Assembly: GCA_964648885.1 (NCBI GenBank)
Contig: CAZYMK010000003.1
Location: forward strand, 1 to 37,121
Direction of reading: 5' to 3'
Source of the DNA: an uncultured Geobacter sp.
Lineage (GTDB): Bacteria; Desulfobacterota; Desulfuromonadia; Geobacterales; Pseudopelobacteraceae
Length of the DNA stretch: 37,121 nucleotides
A model generated the notes under the pieces. It did no database searches. It saw only the letters and a program-made list of their open reading frames with translations, and had not been told where the DNA came from. The position numbers were made by a program, and so were the translations under genes. This document shows positions 27,232 through 35,168 of the stretch, piece after piece. The first letter of the stretch is position 1. Each line of letters opens with the position of its first letter.

Positions 27232-27726
27232 ATGCTACGCACAAACAAACATAAAGCAGAGATTGAGTCGGAACAGAATGAACTCGACAGCCTCTATAAA
27301 AATTCACGAAGCGGCCTTTGGGGAGTCTGCATTTATCTGGCAGTAACGCTGGTTGCTTTCTACTGCAAGGATCAGAGTTTGGCTGGCATGTTATCCCCGC
27401 AGCAGATGCAAAAACTTGGAGCTGTTCCTCCGGTCTTTATGGCAGTGATAGTGCTATGGATATCGACACTCAGCGCTCTCACCGTTATCGCAGGCAGGTT
27501 GTTCCACGGGACAAAACCTACAAGTACCAAGTCGCAGTTGGCATTCAGAATCGGTTTTTATATCCTGTTCTTTGTTGTGGGGGGACTTGGTCAATGGTTT
27601 AACGAACTGTTCGTTTCCGGTCTTGTCGTTCTGGCACTGCAGCATTACAACGTGCACAGCTACTACAGCAGGGCTATTGATGTGAATCTTGCCATCTGTA
27701 GCAGTATGCCCCAGGAAAGTTTGTAA
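27232..27726 (+). CDS. Four-TM membrane protein, probable Cbc accessory subunit (copy 1)
   Basis: Start MLRTNK with GAGGAG RBS; aligns by eye with 29062-29577 (GLW/GMW, LGxxP, SA, GR, FY). Confidence 0.75.
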   Translation: MLRTNKHKAEIESEQNELDSLYKNSRSGLWGVCIYLAVTLVAFYCKDQSLAGMLSPQQMQKLGAVPPVFMAVIVLWISTLSALTVIAGRLFHGTKPTSTKSQLAFRIGFYILFFVVGGLGQWFNELFVSGLVVLALQHYNVHSYYSRAIDVNLAICSSMPQESL

Positions 27727-27747
27727 AGATAAGTATCAAACCGTTGG

Positions 27748-27867
27748 TGCATGACTATTTCATACAAATACAGCTCTGAACACAAAACATGTTTATCATA
27801 TAATATCAATACTTTATATCATTTATGCCTCTGTTTGCTCAGGCTGACTGTACAATAAAAACATACA
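27748..27867 (+). promoter_or_regulatory. Candidate enhancer pair with an intervening IHF-consensus site
   Basis: TGCAT-N9-ATACA (27748-66), TGTAC-N9-ATACA (27849-67), TATCAA-TACT-TTA (27804-16). Confidence 0.55.
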
Positions 27868-27963
27868 ATGCAGGAATCTGTCAGTTGTGATGAACAGCTC
27901 TTTCAAAAATTATATAGCAGTAATTACAGCATATTAAAAAATATTTTATCAGCAAAATACAGC

Positions 27964-27980
27964 TTGGCACTCCTTGTGCA
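27964..27980 (+). promoter_or_regulatory. sigma54 -24/-12 promoter 3
   Basis: TTGGCACTCCTTGTGCA, GG-N10-GC spacing, after an AT-rich region. Confidence 0.82.
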
Positions 27981-28031
27981 TAAAGTTAAGTATCATTCAG
28001 CTACTTAACCGAGCCGTTCAGGGAGGATGTC

Positions 28032-28277
28032 ATGAAAACGAAAATTACAAACTTGGTGATCCCGTTACTCGCCGGCAGTGCAACTTCGGCCTTTGCAGCA
28101 GAAAGCGCCATTCAGGACGGCGGCAGCCCTTTAATCTGGCTCTTCATCGGTTTCGGTGCCTTGGTTATTATGGTACAGGCCATTCCGGCCGGCATCATGC
28201 TCTTCTCCATGGCCAAGGCGCTTTTCAGCTCATCTGAAACCTCAACACCTGCCAGTGCAACGCATCACGGCAAATAG
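28032..28277 (+). CDS. Small membrane protein, QxxP family copy 3
   Basis: Signal peptide ending AFA; LIWLFIGFGALVIMVQAIPA; GGAGG RBS. Confidence 0.85.
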   Translation: MKTKITNLVIPLLAGSATSAFAAESAIQDGGSPLIWLFIGFGALVIMVQAIPAGIMLFSMAKALFSSSETSTPASATHHGK

Positions 28278-28323
28278 CCTGACCATCAGGTTACAACATA
28301 CCGTTACAAGGAGATCAGCACCC

Positions 28324-28590
28324 ATGAAATCAGCAAAATCAATCCTTACAGCCCTTGCCCTGTCTGTCTTCAGCCTGACCACCGCCTTTGCCTCAGGCGG
28401 CCAGGGAGAGGTGGTTGATACCAGCCTCACCTACAACAGCGGTATCCTGGTTCTTGCCTTTGCCGGTTTTCTGGCACTGGTGGTGGTCGTACAGACCATC
28501 CCGGCAGTCATCAGCCTCTACACCATGATCAAAAAGACTGCCGAAGAGAGCAGACAACAGCAGACCGTACGAGCCAATGCACGAGACTAG
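28324..28590 (+). CDS. Small membrane protein, QxxP family copy 4
   Basis: Start moved to MKSAKS (AAGGAG RBS); signal peptide ending AFA; LVLAFAGFLALVVVVQTIPA. Confidence 0.85.
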   Translation: MKSAKSILTALALSVFSLTTAFASGGQGEVVDTSLTYNSGILVLAFAGFLALVVVVQTIPAVISLYTMIKKTAEESRQQQTVRANARD

Positions 28591-28990
28591 CTATCATGAC
28601 AACGGGGACGGGTCTGTGACCCGTCCTGCAATCACTGAAGATCAGGCGGCAGTAGAGCCTGGAGTCTGTGCCCTGCCCCATCAGACCGACCCTGGTGCCT
28701 TCAAACAGGCAATGAATCTGATCCGCAGGCGTAGAAAATATTTTTTTGCCACCATCATCGTCTATATGCCGCTGATGTGGGGAGTGAACAAGATTTCCCC
28801 TACCTTTCGCAGCATGGCCATCAGTTTTGGCATCTGGGTGGCGATACTGTTTATCACGGCGCTGTTTTCTGCCCTTGCCCGCTGCCCACGCTGCGGCCAT
28901 TACTTCCATATGAACGGCATGTCATTGCTATATCTACGACGTTGTCTCCATTGCCAGCTGCATGTAACCGCAGATCGGCACCCCGACTAA
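28577..28990 (+). CDS. Two-TM protein with C-terminal CxxC...CxxC metal-binding motif
   Basis: RRRRK, TM, TM, then CPRCG...CLHC; start uncertain. Confidence 0.72.
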   Translation: MHETSYHDNGDGSVTRPAITEDQAAVEPGVCALPHQTDPGAFKQAMNLIRRRRKYFFATIIVYMPLMWGVNKISPTFRSMAISFGIWVAILFITALFSALARCPRCGHYFHMNGMSLLYLRRCLHCQLHVTADRHPD

Positions 28991-29023
28991 AAAAGCGGAA
29001 CCCGTTACCGGCGTTCCGCTTTT
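28989..29023. terminator. Bidirectional intrinsic terminator
   Basis: A6-GCGGAAC-N11-GTTCCGC-T4 between convergent operons. Confidence 0.8.
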
Positions 29024-29061
29024 CTTCTTCAGACATGACATGCTGCTGTCCTTGCCCCCGC

Positions 29062-29577
29062 TTATTTCTTGCCGATGCCCATCCGCTTTTCCAGAATGAC
29101 CAGCTGCTCCTCCTCTTCGCGGATCTTTGCCGAACTGAATGTCCAGATGTGATAGCTCTCCAGGCTCAGGATCGTCATCCCGGTGGCCAGCACCGCCCAG
29201 AAATTTTCAGGCAGAACCCCCGAGAAAAAATAGAAGGCATAGAAGCAGATCAGGTAGCCGATATGGCTGAATGAGACCATCTTGGGTGAACCGTTGGTAA
29301 TTCTACCCAGGACGAGCAAAATGGCCGAGAAGGCATATACCACCAGCAGGGCGCTGATCATGTTGCTGGTGGGAGGCGTACCCAGCATTTTTTTTACTTC
29401 CGGAGTCAGGGGGGGAAAGATCTGTTCGCTGAGCATGGCCGGCACGCTTATACAGGCAAAGGCGGCTATGGCCCACATTCCCTGATGGGAACGCGTGTGT
29501 AAACGTTGTATTGAATCCTGCAGCGCTTTCCTTTGTTCTTCAGATGAAAGCGCTTTGCCGGGTTCCCGAGTGGTCAT
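29062..29577 (-). CDS. Four-TM membrane protein, probable Cbc accessory subunit (copy 2)
   Basis: Start moved to MTTREP (AAGGTG RBS); paralog of 27232-27726. Confidence 0.78.
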   Translation of the reverse strand: MTTREPGKALSSEEQRKALQDSIQRLHTRSHQGMWAIAAFACISVPAMLSEQIFPPLTPEVKKMLGTPPTSNMISALLVVYAFSAILLVLGRITNGSPKMVSFSHIGYLICFYAFYFFSGVLPENFWAVLATGMTILSLESYHIWTFSSAKIREEEEQLVILEKRMGIGKK

Positions 29578-29640
29578 GGAGCTGCACCTTTGTACGGTTA
29601 CCACCGTTATCTGCACGCAAGGGTCAGTTACAGCCTGCAA

Positions 29641-30489
29641 CTAGCTGTTCTTGTCTCCATCCTCTTCCTTGTTGCAGCTGCGGCAGCGTTTTAATGCTTC
29701 GCGGGTATCATTCAGACGAACAATCAGGCTGTGGTAGTTTCGGGCCAGCAGTGAAAGTTCACCATACCCGGATTCCAGCTGTTTTTCTGATGCCGCTGTA
29801 TCTTCGGAACTGGTGACAACTACCAGTTTCTTCAATGGAAGAAAGAATGAGCGGTTCAGCAGGGCAGCAACACCACCTACGGTCAGCACCAATGTCATAA
29901 GTGTAAACACTATCATACGGTAGCGCATAAGTGCGAGTGAATTTTGCAGCGGCCCCTGATCAAGACCGATATCAATCATACCCAAAACTTTATGGTTGGC
30001 CGGGTGGTAGTGGCAGGATGTCGTACAGGAAGGTTCATTATAGATAGGCTGCGCAAAGGCAAGGACTTCAACGCCCCGTTCATTCATAAACCGGCGGGTC
30101 TGCTTTTCGGCAGCCAGCTGTTCAACCGGCTTCTCACCGCTGTGACAACCGCTGCACCCCTCAACCCTTTTATTAACCTGGTGGCCGATCTCGGTCGTGT
30201 TCCGCGAAAACGTAATAAAACCATCATGGTTGAAGACGCGCAGATGCTCAATGCCTTGTTGCTGTCCGATGTTAGCGATGATGTTACCCAGATGCTCGCG
30301 GTCGTTGTGCAACATGGCATAGCGTGTGGAGAGCACGACCGTACTGGCAATATTTCGTTCGTGCTTGGTTGCGGCCTCGATCATATCCTGCTTCATCATC
30401 GCATAGAGGCTGAAGCAACAGACCGCGACAAATCCGGTTACTGCGAATCCAACCGGGACAATCGTTCGAGCAGTTATACTCTGGAACAT
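29641..30489 (-). CDS. Kinase-less membrane sensor: periplasmic c-heme domain plus degenerate HAMP
   Basis: TM, periplasmic domain (CSGCH, CTTSCH), TM, HAMP-like segment (PLKKL...GELSLLARNY), short tail with CRSC; GGAGG RBS. Confidence 0.83.
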   Translation of the reverse strand: MFQSITARTIVPVGFAVTGFVAVCCFSLYAMMKQDMIEAATKHERNIASTVVLSTRYAMLHNDREHLGNIIANIGQQQGIEHLRVFNHDGFITFSRNTTEIGHQVNKRVEGCSGCHSGEKPVEQLAAEKQTRRFMNERGVEVLAFAQPIYNEPSCTTSCHYHPANHKVLGMIDIGLDQGPLQNSLALMRYRMIVFTLMTLVLTVGGVAALLNRSFFLPLKKLVVVTSSEDTAASEKQLESGYGELSLLARNYHSLIVRLNDTREALKRCRSCNKEEDGDKNS

Positions 30490-30515
30490 ACGACACCTCC
30501 AGACAGACGGGGCGG

Positions 30516-30556
30516 AAAAAAATGCCGGCAGGAGGTTGCGCCACCTGCCTGCCGGC
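30516..30556 (-). terminator. Intrinsic terminator after the dodecaheme gene
   Basis: GCCGGCAGG...CCTGCCGGC stem followed by T7 on the minus strand. Confidence 0.72.
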
Positions 30557-30565
30557 CATCACATC

Positions 30566-31579
30566 TCAGGAGCTCTTATGGCACTTCAGGCAATCGCCCT
30601 TAACCGAGAAGGCAGACTTGCCTTCATGGCAGGCGCCGCATGATGCGCCTTTTTCCATCTCTTTCATGGTAACCCGCTTGCCGTTACCGTAAGGATACAA
30701 CTTGGTATGGCAGTCACTGCACTGGTAAACAGCATTGTGGAACTCATGGCTGAAATGGCCGATGACGGTGCCTTTGGCGTTCTTGAACGTCATTTTTGCA
30801 GGCAGCTTGAATCCGGTGTGACATTTGGCGCAATCGCCTTTGACTGAAAAGGCTGTTTTACCGTCGTGACAGGCACCGCAGGACTGACCTTTTTCCATCG
30901 CTGCCATACTGATCCGCTTGTTACCCTTCATGTCCGGCTTAACGATGCCGGTATGACAATCTCTGCAGCTATAGACCTGGGTATGGAAGGCGTGGCTGAA
31001 AGCTGCCTTGGGTACCGGTGGCGTTGAGTAGGTCAGCTCAGGACTCTTGTGGCATTTATTGCATTTATCGACCCCAAAGGCCACTTTTCCGTTGTGGCAG
31101 GCACCGCAGGACTTACCCTTTTCCATCTCGGCCATGCTGACGGTGGGGTTTTTACCGGTTTTATACAGTTTAGTGTGACAGGCCGCGCAATCCTTTACCT
31201 TGGCAAGGTGTTTTGTGTGGCTGAAAGGAGTTGGTCCGGTTTCCTTTACCTGATAAACGACTTCTTTCACCTGATGGCACTTGCTGCACTCATGGGCATC
31301 AAAGGCCTGTTTGCCGTTGTGGCAGGCGCCGCAGGACTGTCCCTTGTACATATCTTCCATTGTGTAGCGTTTTTTCGTCTTGTTACCGCTGTGGCATGTG
31401 GCGCAACTGAAGGCTGGCATGCCGCGCTGACCTTTTTTTGCCAAGTGCTTGTTGTGGCTAAAGACCACCTTGCCAGCCTCTTTGGTGTCGTAGCTGATAT
31501 CCTTTAAATCGATCGCACCGACCTGAGTCGTTATCAGACCGACCAGTCCTGCCAGTGCGAATGTAAGGGCGCGTTTCAT
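30566..31579 (-). CDS. Dodecaheme cytochrome c of four tandem c7-type domains (GSU1996/GSU0592-like)
   Basis: Signal peptide; 12 CxxCH motifs in four repeats of FSH...CxxCH...MxxMxKGxSCGACHxGKxAF...CxKCH. Confidence 0.92.
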   Translation of the reverse strand: MKRALTFALAGLVGLITTQVGAIDLKDISYDTKEAGKVVFSHNKHLAKKGQRGMPAFSCATCHSGNKTKKRYTMEDMYKGQSCGACHNGKQAFDAHECSKCHQVKEVVYQVKETGPTPFSHTKHLAKVKDCAACHTKLYKTGKNPTVSMAEMEKGKSCGACHNGKVAFGVDKCNKCHKSPELTYSTPPVPKAAFSHAFHTQVYSCRDCHTGIVKPDMKGNKRISMAAMEKGQSCGACHDGKTAFSVKGDCAKCHTGFKLPAKMTFKNAKGTVIGHFSHEFHNAVYQCSDCHTKLYPYGNGKRVTMKEMEKGASCGACHEGKSAFSVKGDCLKCHKSS

Positions 31580-31595
31580 GACGTTCTCCTGGTAT

Positions 31596-31626
31596 CATTC
31601 CCCCTACCGCTGCGGCAGGGGGAATG
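31596..31626. other. Strong intergenic hairpin without a U-tract
   Basis: CATTCCCCCTACCGC-T-GCGGCAGGGGGAATG. Confidence 0.65.
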
Positions 31627-31640
31627 TCTGTTGAATCAGG

Positions 31641-32960
31641 CTACTTGCTGGTGGTACTGATTGTTTCAGGCTTGGGATCAAGGACACCGTAATCGCTGTA
31701 GCGTGTCTTCCATTTGAACAGGATCGGCCAGCGGTATAAAATTGCCCGATAGGTTACGATATATATCGAGTAGATGGTGATGGTAATGATGACTTCACGC
31801 CAGGGTGGGACATGCACATGCCCGTTTTGCCAGTTGAAGGTAATCATATAGACGTTCAGGCGATTCAACACGACCCCGATGATGGTAGTCCAGGCTCCCA
31901 ACCGTACCAGCGCAACGCTGTTGTTGCGGATACCGGCGGTCAACAGCACCAGTGACAGAATCACCCCAAAACCGATCTCGAACAACCACCAGGCACCCCA
32001 ACCGGTCGGCAGGTAGGCCCACTTGTTGTCATGGGCAACCCCGATCAGCCTGATGGTCAGGTACGTGATCAGTCCCATGGAAGCGCCCTTGGCAAGAGTG
32101 ATCTGCAACTTGCTCAGGCTGTTTTTGTAAATGTCGTCGCAGCGCCAGCCCATGGTTTTTACTGCGATGGTACTGACCACAATCACCATGCACAGACCGC
32201 CCGGCAACGAAGAGACGAAGAAATAGAGCCACTGGAATGCCGACGAATACCAGAGCGGGTGAATCTTGCCCGGAGCGTAGGTTGAAAGCGCACCCAGAGC
32301 ACCCTGGTGCAGGGTTGAGAGAATGATACCGGCCACAGCCAGACCAAGTGCCATCTTCTTGATAAAGGTCTTACCGGCTGGCCAGCCCATCCATTCAAAG
32401 AACGCAGTGGATGTCTCGGCAGCCTGCACTGACAGGTAAGTCGCAACGTGCCAGGCCACCAGGAACAGCACTGCAGAAGGCCCCCAGGAAACAGCCATCG
32501 GGTACGGCAGACGCCAGGGTTGCCCAAGGTCAACCATCAGAAATATGACGGCGAAAAAGTAACCAAGAATACCGTTCAAAATGCCTAGCCGCTCAAGCGG
32601 TTCCAGATCATGCCGTCCGAAGACCTCAACCGCTGAACCGAGCTGAAAGCCTGATGATGACAGCGGCACCATGCCGAACAGGCCGAAGCCGAGGAAAAGG
32701 CCCCAGGCGTTGTCATAGGGGTCACCGATAGCCCAGGAAAGTCCGAAGATATAACGACCGATCAACACGGGCAAGCCGATCAGGAAGATGATGCCAAAGA
32801 CCCAGTTCAACCAGTTACCCATCGCCTGGGAGATATACTGCTGGGGGGAGAGGCCAAGGAAGATTTTTTCCATCAGTGTCCAGGGGCGGCCCTTGTCATT
32901 ATCCTTACGCAGGCTGTTTACAATCTGCGTATTGGGGTTACGTGCCATAAATAGTTTCAT
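31641..32960 (-). CDS. NrfD/HybB/HmcC-family integral membrane subunit
   Basis: About 10 TM helices; WGL, DLGQPWRL, LSTLHQGALG, IHPLW and NRLNV motifs. Confidence 0.92.
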   Translation of the reverse strand: MKLFMARNPNTQIVNSLRKDNDKGRPWTLMEKIFLGLSPQQYISQAMGNWLNWVFGIIFLIGLPVLIGRYIFGLSWAIGDPYDNAWGLFLGFGLFGMVPLSSSGFQLGSAVEVFGRHDLEPLERLGILNGILGYFFAVIFLMVDLGQPWRLPYPMAVSWGPSAVLFLVAWHVATYLSVQAAETSTAFFEWMGWPAGKTFIKKMALGLAVAGIILSTLHQGALGALSTYAPGKIHPLWYSSAFQWLYFFVSSLPGGLCMVIVVSTIAVKTMGWRCDDIYKNSLSKLQITLAKGASMGLITYLTIRLIGVAHDNKWAYLPTGWGAWWLFEIGFGVILSLVLLTAGIRNNSVALVRLGAWTTIIGVVLNRLNVYMITFNWQNGHVHVPPWREVIITITIYSIYIVTYRAILYRWPILFKWKTRYSDYGVLDPKPETISTTSK

Positions 32961-33865
32961 TGGTGGTCTCCCTCCTCATGGTCATGGTGGCCGTCCTTGT
33001 TTTTAGTCGCCAGCAGATGTATGCCGGTGAACAGGGCCGGCCAGATGGCGAGCACCATCGGTACGAATCCCAGGAAGTCTTTTACGTTGGAAATGATCGG
33101 CTCGTTCTGGATATGGCCGTCAAAGCCGACTTTTTCAAAATCGACACTGCTCAGATACATCCAGCTGGTTCCACCCACGGCCTTCTCGCCATACAGTTTA
33201 TCTACATATTTTGCCGGGTTGGCCTGAATCCGGTCATGTCCCAGCTTGACCAGGTCTGCCCGGCGGCCGAAGGTCATGACCTGCTGCGGACAGATATCGA
33301 CACATGCCGGCGGTTTGCCGTCTTTCAGGCGGGTGTCGTAGCAGAAGATGCATTTCTGCACCAACGGGTTGAGCGGGCTTGAATAGCTGTAGGCAGGGAT
33401 GTTGAAAGGACAGGCGATCATGCAGTTACGGCAGCCCACGCAGACTGAACCGTCATAGATAACCGCTCCTTCCTTGGTTTTGGTGTAGGCGTTGACAAAG
33501 CAGGAACTGAGGCAGGCCGGTTCCGTACAGTGGTTGCACTGTATCTTCCTGAACAGGGTCTCCTTGTCGGCGACCTTGTATTCATTGACAACGGTATAGG
33601 CTTTTTCTGTGGTGCGGCGCTTGTCCTTGAATACGGACATATCATCAAAGGGCTGATCCGGCTCAGCCAGTTTTTGTTCTGCATTGCAGGCAGCCTCGCA
33701 ACTGCGGCAGCCAACGCAGCGGGTCAGGTCCACCAGCACCCCCATGGCATCAGGGTAGCCTTCAAATGAACCGGCAGCCATCGCCTTACCGCTGGCAACA
33801 CTAACTGTTGCTGCAGTCACACCGCAGGCCAGACACCCTTTCAGAAAATCTCGACGTTCAATCAT
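32957..33865 (-). CDS. Tat-exported 4x[4Fe-4S] protein, HmcB/HybA-like
   Basis: ERRDFLK Tat motif; CVGCRSCEAAC, CNHCTEPACLSSC, CVGCRNCMIACP, KCIFC...PACVDICP; YGE..VGGT; C-terminal TM. Start moved to MIERR. Confidence 0.93.
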   Translation of the reverse strand: MIERRDFLKGCLACGVTAATVSVASGKAMAAGSFEGYPDAMGVLVDLTRCVGCRSCEAACNAEQKLAEPDQPFDDMSVFKDKRRTTEKAYTVVNEYKVADKETLFRKIQCNHCTEPACLSSCFVNAYTKTKEGAVIYDGSVCVGCRNCMIACPFNIPAYSYSSPLNPLVQKCIFCYDTRLKDGKPPACVDICPQQVMTFGRRADLVKLGHDRIQANPAKYVDKLYGEKAVGGTSWMYLSSVDFEKVGFDGHIQNEPIISNVKDFLGFVPMVLAIWPALFTGIHLLATKNKDGHHDHEEGDHQ

Positions 33866-33896
33866 GGTACACGTTCTCCTTCCCGTGGATATCGGT

Positions 33897-34427
33897 TCAG
33901 TGGTGCGCTGCCTGCGGCTTGGCAGGTGCCTTGGGCGCATATTTGCCGGATTTGAAGAGTGCATCACCACTATCGTTGCGCTTATGGCAATCCTGACAGC
34001 CGGTTGGTCCGCCCATCTTCTGGTGGCACCCCAGACAGCTGACATGGTAAGCAGCTTTCAGTCCCGGTTTATCGCGATGGTAGACTGGCGGATGCTGATC
34101 TCGCTGCTGCTTGAGCGCCTCAGGCGTAAACGGTTCAGCAACGTGACACCCTTTGCAACTGACAACAGGCTGAGCACCGCTGTTCTTGTGGCAGCGGGCG
34201 CAGTTGGAATCAGCCACCTGGGCACCGGTGGTGTGGTGGTGACACAGGCCGCAGTCCTTCAGGCTATTGATATGTGCCGCATGATTGAAGTCAACCGGTG
34301 CATAGTACTTCTGGATGGCCCCGATACTGACCTTGTCCGGAATCCCCGCGCCAAAGCACAGGCCGACTGCCAGCATCATCAGGACAGCTGTCACTCCCAG
34401 GATCATCGTTTGCTTTACTGCATGCAT
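33897..34427 (-). CDS. Pentaheme class III (c3-like) cytochrome
   Basis: Signal/anchor; VDFNHAAH; five CxxCH motifs (CGLCH, CARCH, CKGCH, CLGCH, CQDCH); LKAAYH. Confidence 0.9.
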   Translation of the reverse strand: MHAVKQTMILGVTAVLMMLAVGLCFGAGIPDKVSIGAIQKYYAPVDFNHAAHINSLKDCGLCHHHTTGAQVADSNCARCHKNSGAQPVVSCKGCHVAEPFTPEALKQQRDQHPPVYHRDKPGLKAAYHVSCLGCHQKMGGPTGCQDCHKRNDSGDALFKSGKYAPKAPAKPQAAHH

Positions 34428-34501
34428 AGCCCTCTCCTTGTAAAAAGATGGCCGGTATCTTTTGACACAGACACCGGTAGTTGTGCAGAAACCGGATGTT
34501 C

Positions 34502-34675
34502 CTAGCGGGCTGTCTCCTGTGCGCTCTGCTTGCCGCTCATCATGTAACGGTAGAACAGGGGAAAACCGACGAAAAATGCGACGCAGATCAGGTATTCAAC
34601 CGTTTTGATGTACTGGTAAAAATCAACCAGTGTGTAGACCGACTTGACATGTCCGATTGCTCCAAATAACTCCAT
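34502..34675 (-). CDS. 57-aa single-TM protein, HmcD-like (absent from the ORF track)
   Basis: Manual translation MELFGAIGHVKSVYTLVDFYQYIKTVEYLICVAFFVGFPLFYRYMMSGKQSAQETAR*; GGAGGAG RBS; fills an operon gap. Confidence 0.78.
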   Translation of the reverse strand: MELFGAIGHVKSVYTLVDFYQYIKTVEYLICVAFFVGFPLFYRYMMSGKQSAQETAR

Positions 34676-34742
34676 GACGACTCCTCCTTTTTATCTGTGC
34701 CGAGTAATATTCGGCTTTGTTTTACGGTTCCGTTACCCGATG

Positions 34743-35129
34743 CTATGAATTCTTCATATTCTCGAAGGCGCAGGCCACCGCCTGTCGCAACTCTTCACGA
34801 TCAGCCGGGTCAATCGGCTTTAAGGAGTGATAGAAAATCCCCTCCTTGCGCATCTTGCGAATAGTCGGCAGCGATGTCTCATCTGAAACCAGAATAATGG
34901 TCAGATCTCGGCTGCATTTTTTGAGCAGCGGGATCAGTTCTGCGGCTGCCAGTTCATCAAATTCACTGCTCAACAGCACTACCTGGGCTGATTTTTTTAA
35001 AATGCCGTGCAGCACGTTGGCAGCCGAGGTGGTTACCATCACGTTGTAGCCGGCCTCAATGCAAAGGTCGGCCAACACCTTGCGGGACTCAACGTTTTCG
35101 TCTGCTATCAGAACACCTTGCATATCCAT
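34743..35129 (-). CDS. Stand-alone atypical receiver-domain protein (copy 2)
   Basis: Paralog of 24728 (ILKK, VVLL, LLKKC, RKEGIFY); Ser at the phospho-Asp position. Confidence 0.82.
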   Translation of the reverse strand: MDMQGVLIADENVESRKVLADLCIEAGYNVMVTTSAANVLHGILKKSAQVVLLSSEFDELAAAELIPLLKKCSRDLTIILVSDETSLPTIRKMRKEGIFYHSLKPIDPADREELRQAVACAFENMKNS

Positions 35130-35168
35130 CACCCTTGCCTCTCAGGAAAAACAGTGTATGAGGGCTTA

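Noticed and set aside
29062-30489. The sensor ORF stop (TAG 29641-43) is in frame with the downstream 4-TM ORF, suggesting read-through or a split gene
   Set aside because: The downstream gene has its own RBS and ATG at 29577 and its paralog (27232) is stand-alone; in-frame adjacency over 21 codons is easily chance.
29944-30603. 219-aa plus-strand ORF
   Set aside because: Antisense shadow of the heme-sensor gene.
27170-33000. His-rich C-terminal tails on cytochrome b (EHHHH) and the Fe-S subunit (HHDHEEGDH)
   Set aside because: Short His-rich tails are common on such membrane subunits; there is too little evidence for a specific function.
31641-33865. Hydrogenase-2 (hybAB) operon
   Set aside because: No NiFe small or large subunit or maturation genes are adjacent; the genes are flanked by c-type cytochromes instead.
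33864-34669. Plus-strand ORFs 33864-34505 and 34481-34669
   Set aside because: Antisense to the pentaheme cytochrome and the HmcD-like peptide, both of which have RBSs and fit the operon.
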